Notes under the pieces: model-generated | Seen by the model: the letters and a program-made list of their open reading frames with translations, nothing else | Told to the model about the DNA's origin: nothing | Databases searched by the model: none | Made by a program: the position numbers and the translations under genes | Shown here: positions 14,729-27,828 of the stretch, in pieces | Layout of the letters: each line of letters opens with the position of its first letter | How positions within the stretch are numbered: position 1 is the first letter of the stretch | DNA from: Octopus vulgaris | Taxonomy: Eukaryota | Assembly: GCA_951406725.2 (NCBI GenBank) | Contig: OX597826.1 | Location: 68,076,001-68,140,000 of the forward strand | DNA length: 64,000 nt | Reading direction: 5' to 3'

Positions 14729-14787
14729 TATATTATATTATATATATTATATTATATTATATTATATTATATTATATTATATATATT

Positions 14788-15365
14788 AAATAAAATGAGA
14801 CAACAAAGCCGAAGCTATGTGGAATTTTCCGGATATGTATAAAGATGAAATTAGCCTTACAGCTGTTTCTAGGATATTAGGGATATCCCTTCAGCAGAAA
14901 CGAAGAGAGATGATGGTTAAATAGAGGGAAATATTAGAATTCAATATAAGGAATTATTTAGAAAAAGGATGGAAATGGGGAATATAGGGGGGGGGGGGAA
15001 ATAGGAGAATTAATGTAAAAATAAAAATAAAAACAAGAATATATAAGAATGTTATAGGTGCATTTCCATTATACAAGGAAAGTGATATCGATAATGGACC
15101 TGCAATTATAACAGCTTTATACATTGCATTCTTATTTTCTTCTACATACGTTCTCTTATTTCCCTACACACTCCTATTTCTTTCCTTTTCTAAAACAACT
15201 CCTTATATTGAACTCTAATATTTCCCTCTATTTAACCATCTCTCATCGTCTCTCATGAAGGGATATGGCTAATATCCCAGAAACAGTTGTAAGACAAACT
15301 TTCTCTTTGTAAAAGTCCTGAAAATTCCACACAGCCTTGGTTTTGTTGTCTCAGATTATTTAACA
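14788..15365. mobile_element. Penelope-like inverted duplication, each arm carrying a mutated hammerhead motif
   Basis: About 14788-14970 is the diverged reverse complement of about 15183-15365. The plus-strand motif at 15248-15295 reads GTCT-CTCATGA-A-GGGATAT..ATATCCC-A-GAAAC-AGTT-GTA-AGAC. The minus-strand motif at about 14853-14900 has core CTGCTGA and GAAAC-AGCT-GTA. Confidence 0.7.
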
Positions 15366-15490
15366 TATATTTTGCTCATAAAAGACCCACGTTAGACTTG
15401 TATTATTATCGAACCGAGAGTTTAACTACGGTCCTTACATAGTTTTTACATACCGCTATCTGCTACCTTGGGTCTTCTGGATACCAAACC

Positions 15491-15544
<54 letters not shown>

Positions 15545-15546
<2 letters not shown>

Positions 15547-15866
15547 ATTATAATAAATTAGAGACAAAACCACTATTATGCAAATCAAACAAAAAAAAAA
15601 GACTTAAGCCAATACATAAAATATAAAATAATTTATATAAATTAAAATTTAACAAATGAATAACCACTTCATAGTTTATAACTCGCTAAGAAGGTTTAGA
15701 AACCACCTGAAGAATGTCTAAGATGTGCTGACACGAAACGATCGTAGTGGTTATTCATTTGTTAAATTTTAATTTATATAAATTATTTTATATTTTATGT
15801 ATTGGCTTCAGTCTTTCTTTGTTTGATTTGCATAATAGTGGTTTTGTCTCTAATTTATTATAATAT
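15545..15866. repeat. Long inverted repeat (about 120-bp arms) of a Penelope-like terminal repeat
   Basis: 15545-15668 is the reverse complement of 15746-15866. It is flanked by (TA)n, and the element continues to about 15945. Confidence 0.9.
15701..15752 (+). ncRNA. Minimal type I hammerhead ribozyme with intact core
   Basis: Stem I AACCAC/GTGGTT, core CTGAAGA, stem II TGTC…GACA (A·C at the base), then GAAAC, a palindromic GATC loop and a GTA cleavage triplet (15744-15746). Confidence 0.85.
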
Positions 15867-15941
15867 AATATTTTATTATAAAATTGGATTCAATCTTAAA
15901 TCTGATTTTTCCTTGTAAATTTGGATTTATTCCCTAATATT

Positions 15942-16682
<741 letters not shown>

Positions 16683-16737
16683 CATACATATATCTATATA
16701 TACATACATATATATATATACATACATATATATATAT

Positions 16738-16782
<45 letters not shown>

Positions 16783-16823
16783 GCACTTGGTATAATTATA
16801 AACTGGGCAAATTTTGATCATTT

Positions 16824-16902
16824 CTCCTCAGACTGAAAAAGCTATAACGATGAACAACCTTAGTCGATTTTCGAACCTTATTGGGTTCTCATCAGAGGAG
16901 TC
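16824..16902 (-). ncRNA. Degenerate hammerhead-like motif
   Basis: The minus strand reads CTCCT-CTGATGA-GAACC-CAATAA-GGTTC-GAAA…AGTCTGAGGAG. The core and stem II are clear, but the stem III/I geometry is imperfect. Confidence 0.45.
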
Positions 16903-17023
16903 TACATCTTTCTGACGGTTTCCCCGAAACGTTATGGGCCAAACTGTTTATATACTCAACAAATGCAGTAGTTACTCTATGAAGGAGTCTCTAATTTGCA
17001 TACCGAAAGTGTTTCATATATAT

Positions 17024-17408
17024 AGGCGCAGGAGTGGCTGTGTGGTAAGTAGCTTGTTTACCAACCACATGGTTCCGGGTTCAGTCCCACTGCGTGGCAC
17101 CTTGGGCGAGTGTCTTCTACTATAGCCTCGGGCAGACCAAAGCCTTGAGTGGATTTGGTAGGCGGAAACTGAAACATATGTGTGTATGTGTGTGTGTTTG
17201 TGTGTCTGTGTTTGTCCCCCTAGCATTGCTTGACAACCGATGTTGGTGTGTTTATATCCCCGTTTCTTAGCGGTTCGGCAAAAGAGACCGATAGAATAAG
17301 TACTGGGCTTACAAAGAATAAGTCCCAGGGTTGAGTTGCTCGATTAAAGGCGGTGCACCAGCATGGCCGCAGTCAAATGACTGAAACAAGTAAAAGAGTA
17401 AAAGAGTA
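17024..17408 (+). mobile_element. SINE family C
   Basis: It reads AGGCGCAGGAGTGGCTGTGTGGTAAG…GGTTCAGTCCC…GAAACAAGTAAAAGAGTAAAAGAGT. Confidence 0.9.
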
Positions 17409-17519
17409 TATATATATATATATATATGCATGCCCACATATACATGCATATATACGTATATATGTGTATATCTTTGTGGGTGTGTTTGTGTGCTTGTGTA
17501 TGTATTATATATTGTTTGT

Positions 17520-17810
17520 TTCTTCTCAAGGCACACCTGGCTCATAAGAGCCGGTTTCCCGGTTTCCTAGATTCCCCACCTGGACGGGACGCCGGTCCGT
17601 CGCAGGTGAGCTGCTAGATGCAGGAGGAAAGTGTGAGAGAAAGTTGTGGCGAAAGAGTCAGCAGAAGTTTCGCCATTACCTTCTGCCGGAGCTGCGTGGA
17701 GCTTAGGGGTTTCGCTCATATACACGCACATCGCTCGGTCTGAGATTCGAACCCGCGATCCAGCTACCGCGAGTCCGCTGCTCTAACCACTAAGCCATCT
17801 ACCTCCACAT
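17520..17810 (-). mobile_element. tRNA-headed SINE with V-domain-like segment
   Basis: The minus strand has B box GGTTCGAATC and CCTGCGACGGACCGGCGTCCCGTCCAGG, which resembles the V-SINE domain. Confidence 0.8.
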
Positions 17811-17821
17811 GTATTATATAT

Positions 17822-18135
17822 CACTGTGATCACTTTTCACCGTGACCTACCAGGCTATCAGATGTTGTTACACATCGCTGGTCACAATGCGCTTTGCATT
17901 GTTTTAGCGTTCAAATGACGCCACCCCGCTGGCTAAGCGAGCAGGCAAACAGAAGAAAGAGTGAGAGAAAATTGTGGCGGAAGTAAACAGCAGGGGTAAC
18001 CACCACCCCCTGCCGGAGCCTCGTGGAGCTTTAGGTGTTTTCGCTCAATAAACACTCACAACGCCCGGTCTGGGAATCGAAACCGCGATCCTACGCGAGT
18101 CTGCTGCCCTAACCACTAGGCCATTGCGCCTCCAC
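17822..18135 (-). mobile_element. SINE family A
   Basis: It is the reverse complement of 1488-1764. Confidence 0.88.
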
Positions 18136-18628
18136 GTATTATATATAGATAAACAGATTTGCGTACATACACCATCACACACATATTCACATAGATTATG
18201 TTTGTTCGCGTTCTGCAGCTACGTGCTCAATACTCGCCTGTATCAGATGCGTCAGATGTTCATGTAGGAATTTACATATATCAGTTGTTACTTATCTATG
18301 TACACACTTTGGCTGCTATCTTTGAGACAATATTACTAACTCTCAGAGGAATTTACCAGATTTTGTTGGGAAATGGAGATGTAACTCAGCGATAATGAAC
18401 GAAAACAGAAATCCGAAAACTTTAGAAAAAAGAGACAAGAATCAAGAGAACTTATGAAGAATGAGTGAAAGTTGCAGTTGAGTAGTAATTGTATATGAGT
18501 GTTAGTGTGAGGCACAAATACGCTCTCTGTCATGTGAAATTTACTTTCTTCGTTACTGTTTCATAAATTTCTCTCACAAATTTTTCTCAAACACCAAACA
18601 CTGATCTTTCATAATATGTGTGTGCATA

Positions 18629-18818
18629 AAGATATATGCATATAAAATTTAAAGGACTGACCACTAAAAGTGGACAGTCAATATGCTAGATATAGACGTG
18701 AAAATCGCTATTTTCCACGAAGAATGTGTTCTGAATTAGCGATTTTGATGTCTATATCTAGCATATTAACTGTCCACTTTCAGTGGTCAGTCCTTTAAAT
18801 TTTATATGCATATATCTT
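18629..18818. repeat. Inverted repeat with about 82-bp arms and a 26-bp spacer
   Basis: AAGATATATGCATATAAAATTTAAAGGACTGACCACT…ATCGCTA pairs with TAGCGAT…AGTGGTCAGTCCTTTAAATTTTATATGCATATATCTT. Confidence 0.9.
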
Positions 18819-18905
18819 CGGATATTTTTAATATACTAGGCCACTGGTTTTAATTGATTAATATCAATTTCTACCCTTATTCAAATTTAGATATATGCAT
18901 ATACG

Positions 18906-18939
<34 letters not shown>

Positions 18940-19039
18940 TGTATGTATGTTTATATGTCTGTGTGTGTGTGTGTTTGTGTGTATGCTTTCAGCAAACGAT
19001 AACGTTCTTAGATATATATTTATATATATATTCATATCA

Positions 19040-19325
19040 TGTAATCAGGTGACCGACCAGGTCATCAGCTGTTACTACATATCGCTAGTCACAATGCGCT
19101 TCGCCTTGTTTTAGCCTTCAAATGACGCCACCCCGCTGGTTGAACGAGCAGGCCAACAGAAGAAAGGGTGAGAGAAAGTTGTGGGTAAAGAATACAGCAG
19201 GGATCACGCGTGGAGATTTAGGTGTTTTCGCTCAATAAACAGTCACAACGCCCAGTGTGGGAATCGAAACCGCGATCCTACGGCTGCGAGTCCGCTGTCC
19301 TAACCACTGGGCCATTGCGCATCCA
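19040..19325 (-). mobile_element. SINE family A
   Basis: It is homologous to 17822-18135. Confidence 0.85.
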
Positions 19326-19347
19326 CACACACACACAATATATATAC

Positions 19348-19433
<86 letters not shown>

Positions 19434-20268
19434 TATATATATAAGTGTTTAATATGATCTAAATTAATTAACTAATTATGCATTTTTATATCATAATTAT
19501 TAAACGATTTTATGGCTGGTTGTATTCGTTCGTGAAATTTCAACCGTGGAAACAGCTGTAGATCTTCAGAAAGAAATCATGAAATTAAAATGAAATCATT
19601 GCTTTTCATGTTTTTTAAAAAACTAATTGCCTCTTTTAGCCTAATTATCCCGATCGAGTTTCTGTCACGTCATTGTGACATACTACGTATGTTACCTTCG
19701 TACGATTTGTATCTATATACATGTATGTATACGTATAGACGTGTAAGAGGAATCAGTGGAGACTGTTGTGGTTTGATCCAGGTGAAATGCGCTTAATTTA
19801 AAAGGACACACAATCTAAAATCCACATGTTATAAAATTGATATGCATACATAACAGAGAGACAGAAATCACACGCACATAATTGTATGATTTATTGTATT
19901 TGCAAGGATGAAAATGCACAGATAGACTGTATATGCGAATAAACGCACAAAAGATTGACGGTTATAGTAGTTTACACAGATATGCTCAAGTGCCTACGCA
20001 GTTGAAAGCCAAACAGTACTCCCAGAACTCCAGGCGTTTGACTTCCCAGAATATTTTTCATTTTTCAGCTGCAGGGTAACATGTCACTGTCAGCACTCGG
20101 CTGGTTCCTTGAGATTAATTGTTGAAAGACAAATCCCCATGTTTGCTTCAGGAATCGAACTAGAGTCCTTCAGATTGTAAACCATATCCCTTCATAATGC
20201 ACCGATGCACTCTTCGTCATCCTTTCACTCTCTCTCTCTCGTTCGCTATCTACGTTTCTATATATGTG

Positions 20269-20346
<78 letters not shown>

Positions 20347-20473
20347 TATATATATATATAGATAGATATATACATACATACATACATACATACATACATT
20401 TATACATAATTATAGAACATAGATTAGATAGTTTGGTAGATAGGCAAAGACAGATCGATATATATATATATAT

Positions 20474-20547
<74 letters not shown>

Positions 20548-20964
20548 CAATGAACATACGTAGACCCCAAGTTTCCGGAATGTGATTCTTTATAATTGTA
20601 AGAATTATTAACCCATCGAAATCATTTGATGAATGATTTTAATGTCGCCGTTCATATTTAAATTCGAGTCAAAACTGCATTGATCATCAAGAGCAGTAAT
20701 TAAAATAGCTTAATTAATTCACGAATTATATTACAACTAAAAAAAAAATTAAGCAGCTATAGTTATTTTCACATAAATTTACATTGTATTAATTAGAATG
20801 CTGTAAACATAAAGATTTAGTTATCAATATTACGTTATTTAAGAAATTCTGTAACGGAATCTGTCGAAAGTTTTTAGATGATCTATATGAATATGTACAC
20901 ACGCACGCGAGCACACACTCACATACACACATCTGTTATATAAAATAAGCTCTGTCTGTGTATG

Positions 20965-21004
<40 letters not shown>

Positions 21005-21511
21005 GTATAGGATCTCGGGCATCCTCCATCCGATTGCGCTTAAATTTGATATGTAGAAACCGACGGTATCAGGGCTTGTATAAGTCTTGAAAAAATTACA
21101 AAAATCGATTCCAGGTGAGAGTGCAATCGATAAAGCCGTGGGAACGTGCATTTGTACACATAAGTACATTTGCTGCTGCGATCGATACTACGCGTACGCG
21201 AAAAGAATGCACGTGCAGTTTGCGCAAAAAAGCCGACTGGCTTGAAATAATTCCACAAAATGCAGTATATTTAAGAGACCCAAAATGTAAGATGCAAAAG
21301 GAATATTTTCTTCAAACGTGGCATGAAGGCAGGAAAGACTATTTCGTTTCTCAAGAAGTTTTTTCTTTGCTTTAATTTTGTTTAACAAAACTAAAAATTT
21401 TATTGAAATAAAGGCATGCTTAATTATTTTTAATGAAAAGAAAACACTGATTGCTTTTTATTCAGCAGATATGATTGAACACTGTCCATTGGATGGGGTG
21501 CGTTTTACTCG

Positions 21512-21583
<72 letters not shown>

Positions 21584-21771
21584 GCAGCATTTCATCCGTC
21601 TTTACGTACTGAGTTCAAATTCCTCCGGGGCCGACTTCGCCTTTCATCCTATCGGGGGCAATAAATTAAGTACCAGTGAAACACTGGGATCAACGCATTC
21701 CACTCGTACCCTCCTCCAAAATTCCAGGCCTTGTGACTTTAGTAGAAAATATTATTATTATTATTATTATT

Positions 21772-22906
21772 CAGTAGTTTTATTTTATAGAGTACTTTCA
21801 CATCACTACTTTTGTTGCTTACTTCGCTTTTGTTGGAAACGTTACGCCTTTCTTCGTGTTTTACTATCTCAGTGCTAGTACTATCTGGCATTGCTGTGTG
21901 GCTACTATCTACATTTTCCTGATGTATATTTCCTTTTACATATTCTATTTGTATCTCTGATATATTTGTTTTTGTTTTGAGAATATATCTTCGTATTTTA
22001 GCTACTTTGTTAGGGTTCATTGCTGTATCCAAATCTTTATTTAGGTTATTTTTCTTTCAGATTTCATATGGATATGTTGTGTTTTCGTTATTTGGGTAGA
22101 GCACTGCTGTAAAATAAGCGTGTAGGATTGAGATAATATATTCCTCACGTGTCCATTTATGCCTTTTTAGTTTTATTTGCGGGACATGAGGAACAACGTC
22201 CGGCCCTTTATTTTGACGGTCATCATTTTTGTAGAGTGCCGGTCCGTTCATCTCTGTTGTTAGGTAGTTTTGCACGAGGATATTTTCGTACTTCTATGTA
22301 ACAAGTTTAAAGTACGCACGTCACGATTGTTATTCTTACGTTGAATAATACCGGTATTATTTAATAAGGCGGTGAGCTGGCAGAATCGTTAGCACGCCGG
22401 GCGAAATGCGTAGCCGTATTTCGTCTGCCGTTACGTTCTGAGTTCAAATTCCGCCGAGGTCGACTTTGCCTTTCATCCTTTCAGGGTCGATAAATTAAGT
22501 ACCAGTTACACACTGGGGTCGATATAATCGACTTAATCCGTTTGTATGTCCTTGTTTGTCCCCTCTGTGTTTAGCCCCTTGAGGTTAGTAAAGAAATAGG
22601 TATTATTTAATTTATTTGTAATTATTTTTACATGGTGTTTGGGGCCGGAGATCGTCTTGTGTTGATGGATCGTAATGTATCGAACGTGTTTACATGTGCT
22701 GTGCGAGTAGTTGATATGATATCCAGTTAAAATACATCATTTCATTTGGAAAATAGAAATACATATCAATGAGTGTTACTTGGATATAGTCCAATCCTTT
22801 GTCAGCTACTTTTAGCTCCATGCGATGTTTTTATTTCCGATGTTTTTAGATAAATTTCGGAGCAGTGTTTTATCGCTCTCACATGTTAAACGTCCCCGGT
22901 GTCTTC

Positions 22907-22907
<1 letters not shown>
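21772..22907 (-). mobile_element. 5' portion of an R4/Dong-like retrotransposon (N-terminal Myb-like region), 3' deleted
   Basis: The minus strand encodes KRHKWTREEYIISILHAYFTAV…YEI*KENN…MNPNKVAKIRRYILKTKTNISEIQIEYVK, resembling the 'KWTxEE…L.DQ.R.I….LSELEIE.IK' N-terminus of R4-clade ORFs. It is bounded by TAA/TTA tracts. Confidence 0.6.
22367..22598 (+). mobile_element. Full-length SINE family B with 13-bp target-site duplication
   Basis: It reads AGGCGGTGAGCTGGCAGAATCG…GAGTTCAAATTCC…GCCTTTCATCCTTTCAGGGTCGATAAATTAAGTACC…TAAAGAAATA. The TSD GGTATTATTTAAT lies at 22353-22365 and 22599-22611. Confidence 0.92.
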
Positions 22908-22956
<49 letters not shown>

Positions 22957-23054
22957 TTATTATTATTATTATTATTATGATCGCCCGGTCTGAGATTCGA
23001 ACCCGCGATTCCTCGACCGCGAGTCCGCTGCTCTAACCACTAGTTCATGTGCCT

Positions 23055-23104
<50 letters not shown>

Positions 23105-23122
23105 GTGTATGTGTGTGTGTGT

Positions 23123-23186
<64 letters not shown>

Positions 23187-24103
23187 TGAGAAAGTGTGTG
23201 GAGGGAGAGAGGGAAAGACAGCATGTGCGTGTATGTGTGTGTATGTGTGTGAGTGTATTGAAAAAGAGAAAAGAGACTGAGTGAGATTATATATTAGTAT
23301 ACTGGCATATTCTAACTTCTAAACCCCCATGCATACATGCACGCATTCGTACATGTATGTAGAGAAGACAAGGCATTTTTTTTTACTTTTAGTTATTTTA
23401 CTAATTATATTTCAGATTTCTTTAATAGTGCATCATGTTTAGATGATAATCTTTGAATCCATTAAACGTTCGATAGAGATTTTAACAGAATTCAAAACAC
23501 ATGTAATTAATCAACTGTGCAACGCTGAAGTGATCATATATGAAACAGCAGGCATCTCCTACGAGTTGTAATTGAAGTGATGATTTCATTAATATCATCA
23601 TTATTGTCACATTGAAAATTTGCTTGGGAGTTACCTGCAAGTGACTTTCAGTGACCAATAAATATTTCAAAGTTATTAAACGCTTGCTGTCTCTCATTGT
23701 GTCTGCTTGTTAGTTTCTGCTTTGCGTGTTATTATTAGTAAAGCTCTTAAAATATATCTATTAGTGACAGATTTACTAAATAACGCATTTTTTTCTGTTT
23801 ATGTATTCTCTCTCCGGTTTTACAATGCGCTGCGCCATATTGCAAGTGCATAGAAAATCAACAAAAAAGTGTCGTCGTTGTACGATATTACATATAAACA
23901 CCCGATGGCTTTCATGTTGTGTCCCTCGGATCTTTTGCTCCGCTGAGTAGTAAGTGTCCGTGATTATTTGCAAGATCGGTGACAGTAGCGGGAGCGAGGC
24001 AACGAAGTATCCTTAATAAACAACTCCGAGTAATTCTTACGTATGGTGTAACAAATGTGTTCTGTTTAGTGATTTTAATTATGTACACATTTTCCTCAAT
24101 ATA

Positions 24104-25330
24104 TTGGGTTGGGTAAAATGTAAGCAACGTTATGAACCATGAAAATTTTGTACTGGATTTTTACAGAGTTTTATGTTTTTTTAAATAAAGTTTTTTGAAA
24201 ATGTCTGATAATACTGACATAGACCTGCCGAAATGCATCAATAAATTAACATTTATATTGTTTACGCCGTTGTTACAATAATCTGAAATGGAACTGTCAA
24301 AGCGCGATATTCGAGAAATTTTTCTATTCAACTCCAAAAAAAGACGTAAAGCAGCTGAAACTGCTCGCGATATCAACGAAGCGTTTGGTGAGGAAATGCA
24401 GTGAGTGGTCAGCTCGAAAATGGTTTAAACGATTTGGGAGTGGAGACCTTTGCCTTGCAGATCGTGAGCGTAGTGGATGCCCATCTGTCATCGATGGCGG
24501 TCAATTAAAAACCGTCATTGAGAAAGATCTACGTAAAACCACTCGAGAACTGGCAAAAGAACTTCAAGTTAGCCAGAAAATCGCCTGCAACCATTTGCAT
24601 GTGATCAGAAAATTAAAAAAAACTCGATAGATTGGTACCACACGATTTGAATGAAAATCAGAAAATGCGCAGTTATGAAATTTGCTCGTCCCTTCTTCTC
24701 CGTAATCAGACCGATCCATTTTTCGACTGTATTGTAACCTGCGATGAAAAGTGGAATCTGTACAATAATAAAAATATGCTCTTCAGAGTGGTTGGCCCAA
24801 AATGAAGCCCAAAAATCTTCCTTAAACCCGAGCTCTTCAAAAAGTACGTTATGGGGACTGTTTGGTGGTCTTAAAATCTATTGGTATGAAGTTGGCAAAA
24901 TGAACGAAAAATCTGCTTTTCCTCCGTCCCAGACTAATCAACAAAAGAGGACTAATCATTCTTCATGACAATGCTGAACCACACGTTTCACTCATGACGC
25001 TCCAGAAGTTGAGGATACTTGGTTACGAAGTACTTCCCCACTCAGCTTATTCCCCAGAACTTTTTCATACCGACTACCACTTTTTCAAGCAACTTGATGG
25101 TTTCCTGTGAGGGGAGTTCAAAAATCAAACCGATGCTGAAAGTGCTTTCAAAGAGTTCATCAGCTCCAGAAATCCAGATTTTTATGTTGCCAGAATAAAC
25201 AAACTTGTAACTCGTTAGCGAAAATGTGTTGATTGTAATGATAATTACATTGATAAATAAAAGTTTCACATCGTTGAAAAATATAGTGATGAATTTCAGG
25301 TTTCAAAATGTTGCTTACTTCTCACTCAGC

Positions 25331-25334
<4 letters not shown>
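24104..25334 (+). mobile_element. Mariner DNA transposon (Hsmar1/cecropia-like), degenerate
   Basis: Imperfect TIRs of about 35 bp (TTGGGTTGGGTAAAATGTAAGCAACG… / …TGTTGCTTACTTCTCACTCAGCCTGA), with TA on both sides. Confidence 0.92.
24288..25260 (+). pseudogene. Mariner transposase pseudogene
   Basis: It reads MELSKRDIREIFLF…AAETARDINEAFG…RKWFKRF…VPHDLNENQK…IVTCDEKW…HDNAEPH…YSPELFHTDYHFF, with several frameshifts and an internal deletion. Confidence 0.92.
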
Positions 25335-25378
<44 letters not shown>

Positions 25379-25379
<1 letters not shown>

Positions 25380-25870
25380 TAGCAGTATCACCCGGCGTTG
25401 CTCGGGTTTGTAAGGGAAATAACTATATAAGCATTTTTAGAGAGTTACTTCCTTTATAGATGCCAATTCGGGCTTTCTTAGCCATTTCTGTTTTGGTGTC
25501 TTCAAGCCACGAAGTCCTTGACAACGCATTACGACGTTGATTTCCTTAAACTCCCTTCCCCAGAGCTTCACGAGAGAGGGAAGAAGGGGGAGAAGCAAAC
25601 ACAGGTGCAGGTGTTTGAGCGTGGACGCCAACTCCGCCGCCATCGACACACGAAAAATTATGCATTAAAATGGAATAAAAAATGATGTTAAATAATTTCT
25701 AAAATCGTAGACTCATCGTTGACGCGCGCTAATAGTCAGACGGGCTCGATATTAATCACGACTATAAGATACCCGAGTTTGGTTAAACTTCACCGCAAAA
25801 TGTGGGAGGAGTTAGGAATCTAAATCGTAGGAGACAGACACTCACACAACTACAGTTTTATATATAAAGA
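25379..25870 (-). mobile_element. Non-autonomous Helitron
   Basis: The minus strand starts A|TCTTTATATATAAAA and ends with the hairpin CCCGAGCAACGCCGGG followed by …TACTGCTAG|T. This gives 5'-TC, 3'-CTAG, insertion between A and T, and no TSD. Confidence 0.85.
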
Positions 25871-26204
25871 TATACTCCTAACCTTCTGATCAAAAGAATA
25901 TGCATCTTGTTTGTGATTTACTTATATGTGTGTGTGTGTGTGTTTGTGTGTGCGTGTGTGCATTTTCCTTTTATTTTTCCTTTTACTTGTTTCAGTCATT
26001 TGGGTACTGCCATGCAAGAGCACCGTCTTTAATCGGGAAAATCAGCCCCAGGACTGATTCTTTGTACGCCTAGTACTTACTCTATCGGTTTCTTTTGCAA
26101 AACCGCTAGTTTAAGGGGACGAAAACGCACCAGCATCGATTTTCAACTGATGTAGAGGAGACATGCACAGTGCACAGACACACAAGCATATATACACACG
26201 TACA

Positions 26205-26253
<49 letters not shown>

Positions 26254-26999
26254 AGTAGGTGTTTAAGTTTCCATTTTGATATTTTTGCTTTGCTACATCA
26301 AATTTTCTACGACGTACTAGCCGAAAACTATAATGATTCCTCGTTAAAATTAATTATGCATTTTTAAAATTCCTCTCTTTGATATGTATAATTTCAGCGG
26401 TATTACTTTTGTATTGAATTGCTGTGTTGTCAATTGTCAATAGTCAATAAAATTATTTTAATTTCGACAAATTAATATTTCGTCAAGTACTTTTTATATC
26501 TTATTATTTCCACATATAATTTCGTTCAGTTACTTAACGTTGTACGAAGCTGGGTTAAAAGCAAGCTATCTAATCGAAATTTACTGAAATGGTACCAGAT
26601 CCACACGTATTACCAATGATTGTCGGAAAGCAGAAGAAAAAGAGAAACACAACAACCAAAAATTTTCTTTCGCAAATTCATACCCGCATTTGAGAGAGAG
26701 CCTTGCATCAAAATATCGGTATATATGATATAATTAGAGAGTATACTAACGTGGAACGGCACTAGCTATACGATTTTGTCCGAAAGAAGCTTCTCAAGGA
26801 AGCTTCTGTTAAAACAAATCTTTGCTCAAACTCTTGTATTTTGCCGAACACGGTGTTTCGACCTAATGTTGTTCACTCTGTGACGAATGCACCGGAGGTT
26901 CCCTGTTTATCAAGACAAATCAAAAATATCAGAAATCGTCAGAAAGCATTTATAATTGTATAATCTAATTCAGTTATTAAATGTTTGTGTCTCTAATTT

Positions 27000-27753
27000 T
27001 AGGTATTCTATGGTAATTATATTAGTGAAATTAATTTCAAACGTCTGAATATGCATCTGAAAGAGTACCATCTTGTCTATGACGGTAAAGAGAAACCATA
27101 GCTTCGATTTTGTGGATTGGTCGTGAAACTGCCGACCTAATAAACCAAATATTCAGTCCTGAATAATGCGACATCGTTTCTTATAAAATAATTACTGATA
27201 AATTGAGCGATCATTTCAAGAAACATCTAAATATTCTGATCGTGTCTAATAAATTTCAACATTATGTAATGAAAACTGATCAATTATGCGGTAATTGGGA
27301 AATTGAGATGAGATTGTTGACGCGATATTGCAAATTCGAAGATAACGCTTTGAATATCGCTGATCGTCTGATACGTGATAGAACTGACAAATTTGCGCGA
27401 CACGAAGAAAAGTGCTTGTCTTCCGACATGAAAATCCATCACTCAGTGATGTAGGAAAAGCTGCAATCTCTATTGTTCGTGCTAAAGAAGCTGAATAACT
27501 ACTTATTGGTGCAACGATATCAAGCAAGATATTAATGATATTTCTGAAAGCTTCTTCGAATTCTGTAGAACATAATAACCTTAACGTTATTCATTGTCGA
27601 ATTTCACATAAAGATATTACATAATTAAATAACCAATGGGAATGTTATGTAAATTGTTATATCGATCGTAAAAAAAAATTATTGCCCACATATAAGAATG
27701 AAAAATGTAGCAAAATCTAACATTTAGCAAATACATACTTGATATTAAAATGA

Positions 27754-27828
<75 letters not shown>

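Noticed and set aside
19450-19570. GAAAC-AGCT-GTA half of a hammerhead (a similar half lies at about 62742-62830, minus)
   Set aside because: There is no recognisable CTGANGA core at the right position. At best these are decayed copies.
23480-24070. Possible piggyBac C-terminal remnant (TRRRC… on the minus strand)
   Set aside because: Only a few residues fit, and I found no TTAA-flanked TIR.
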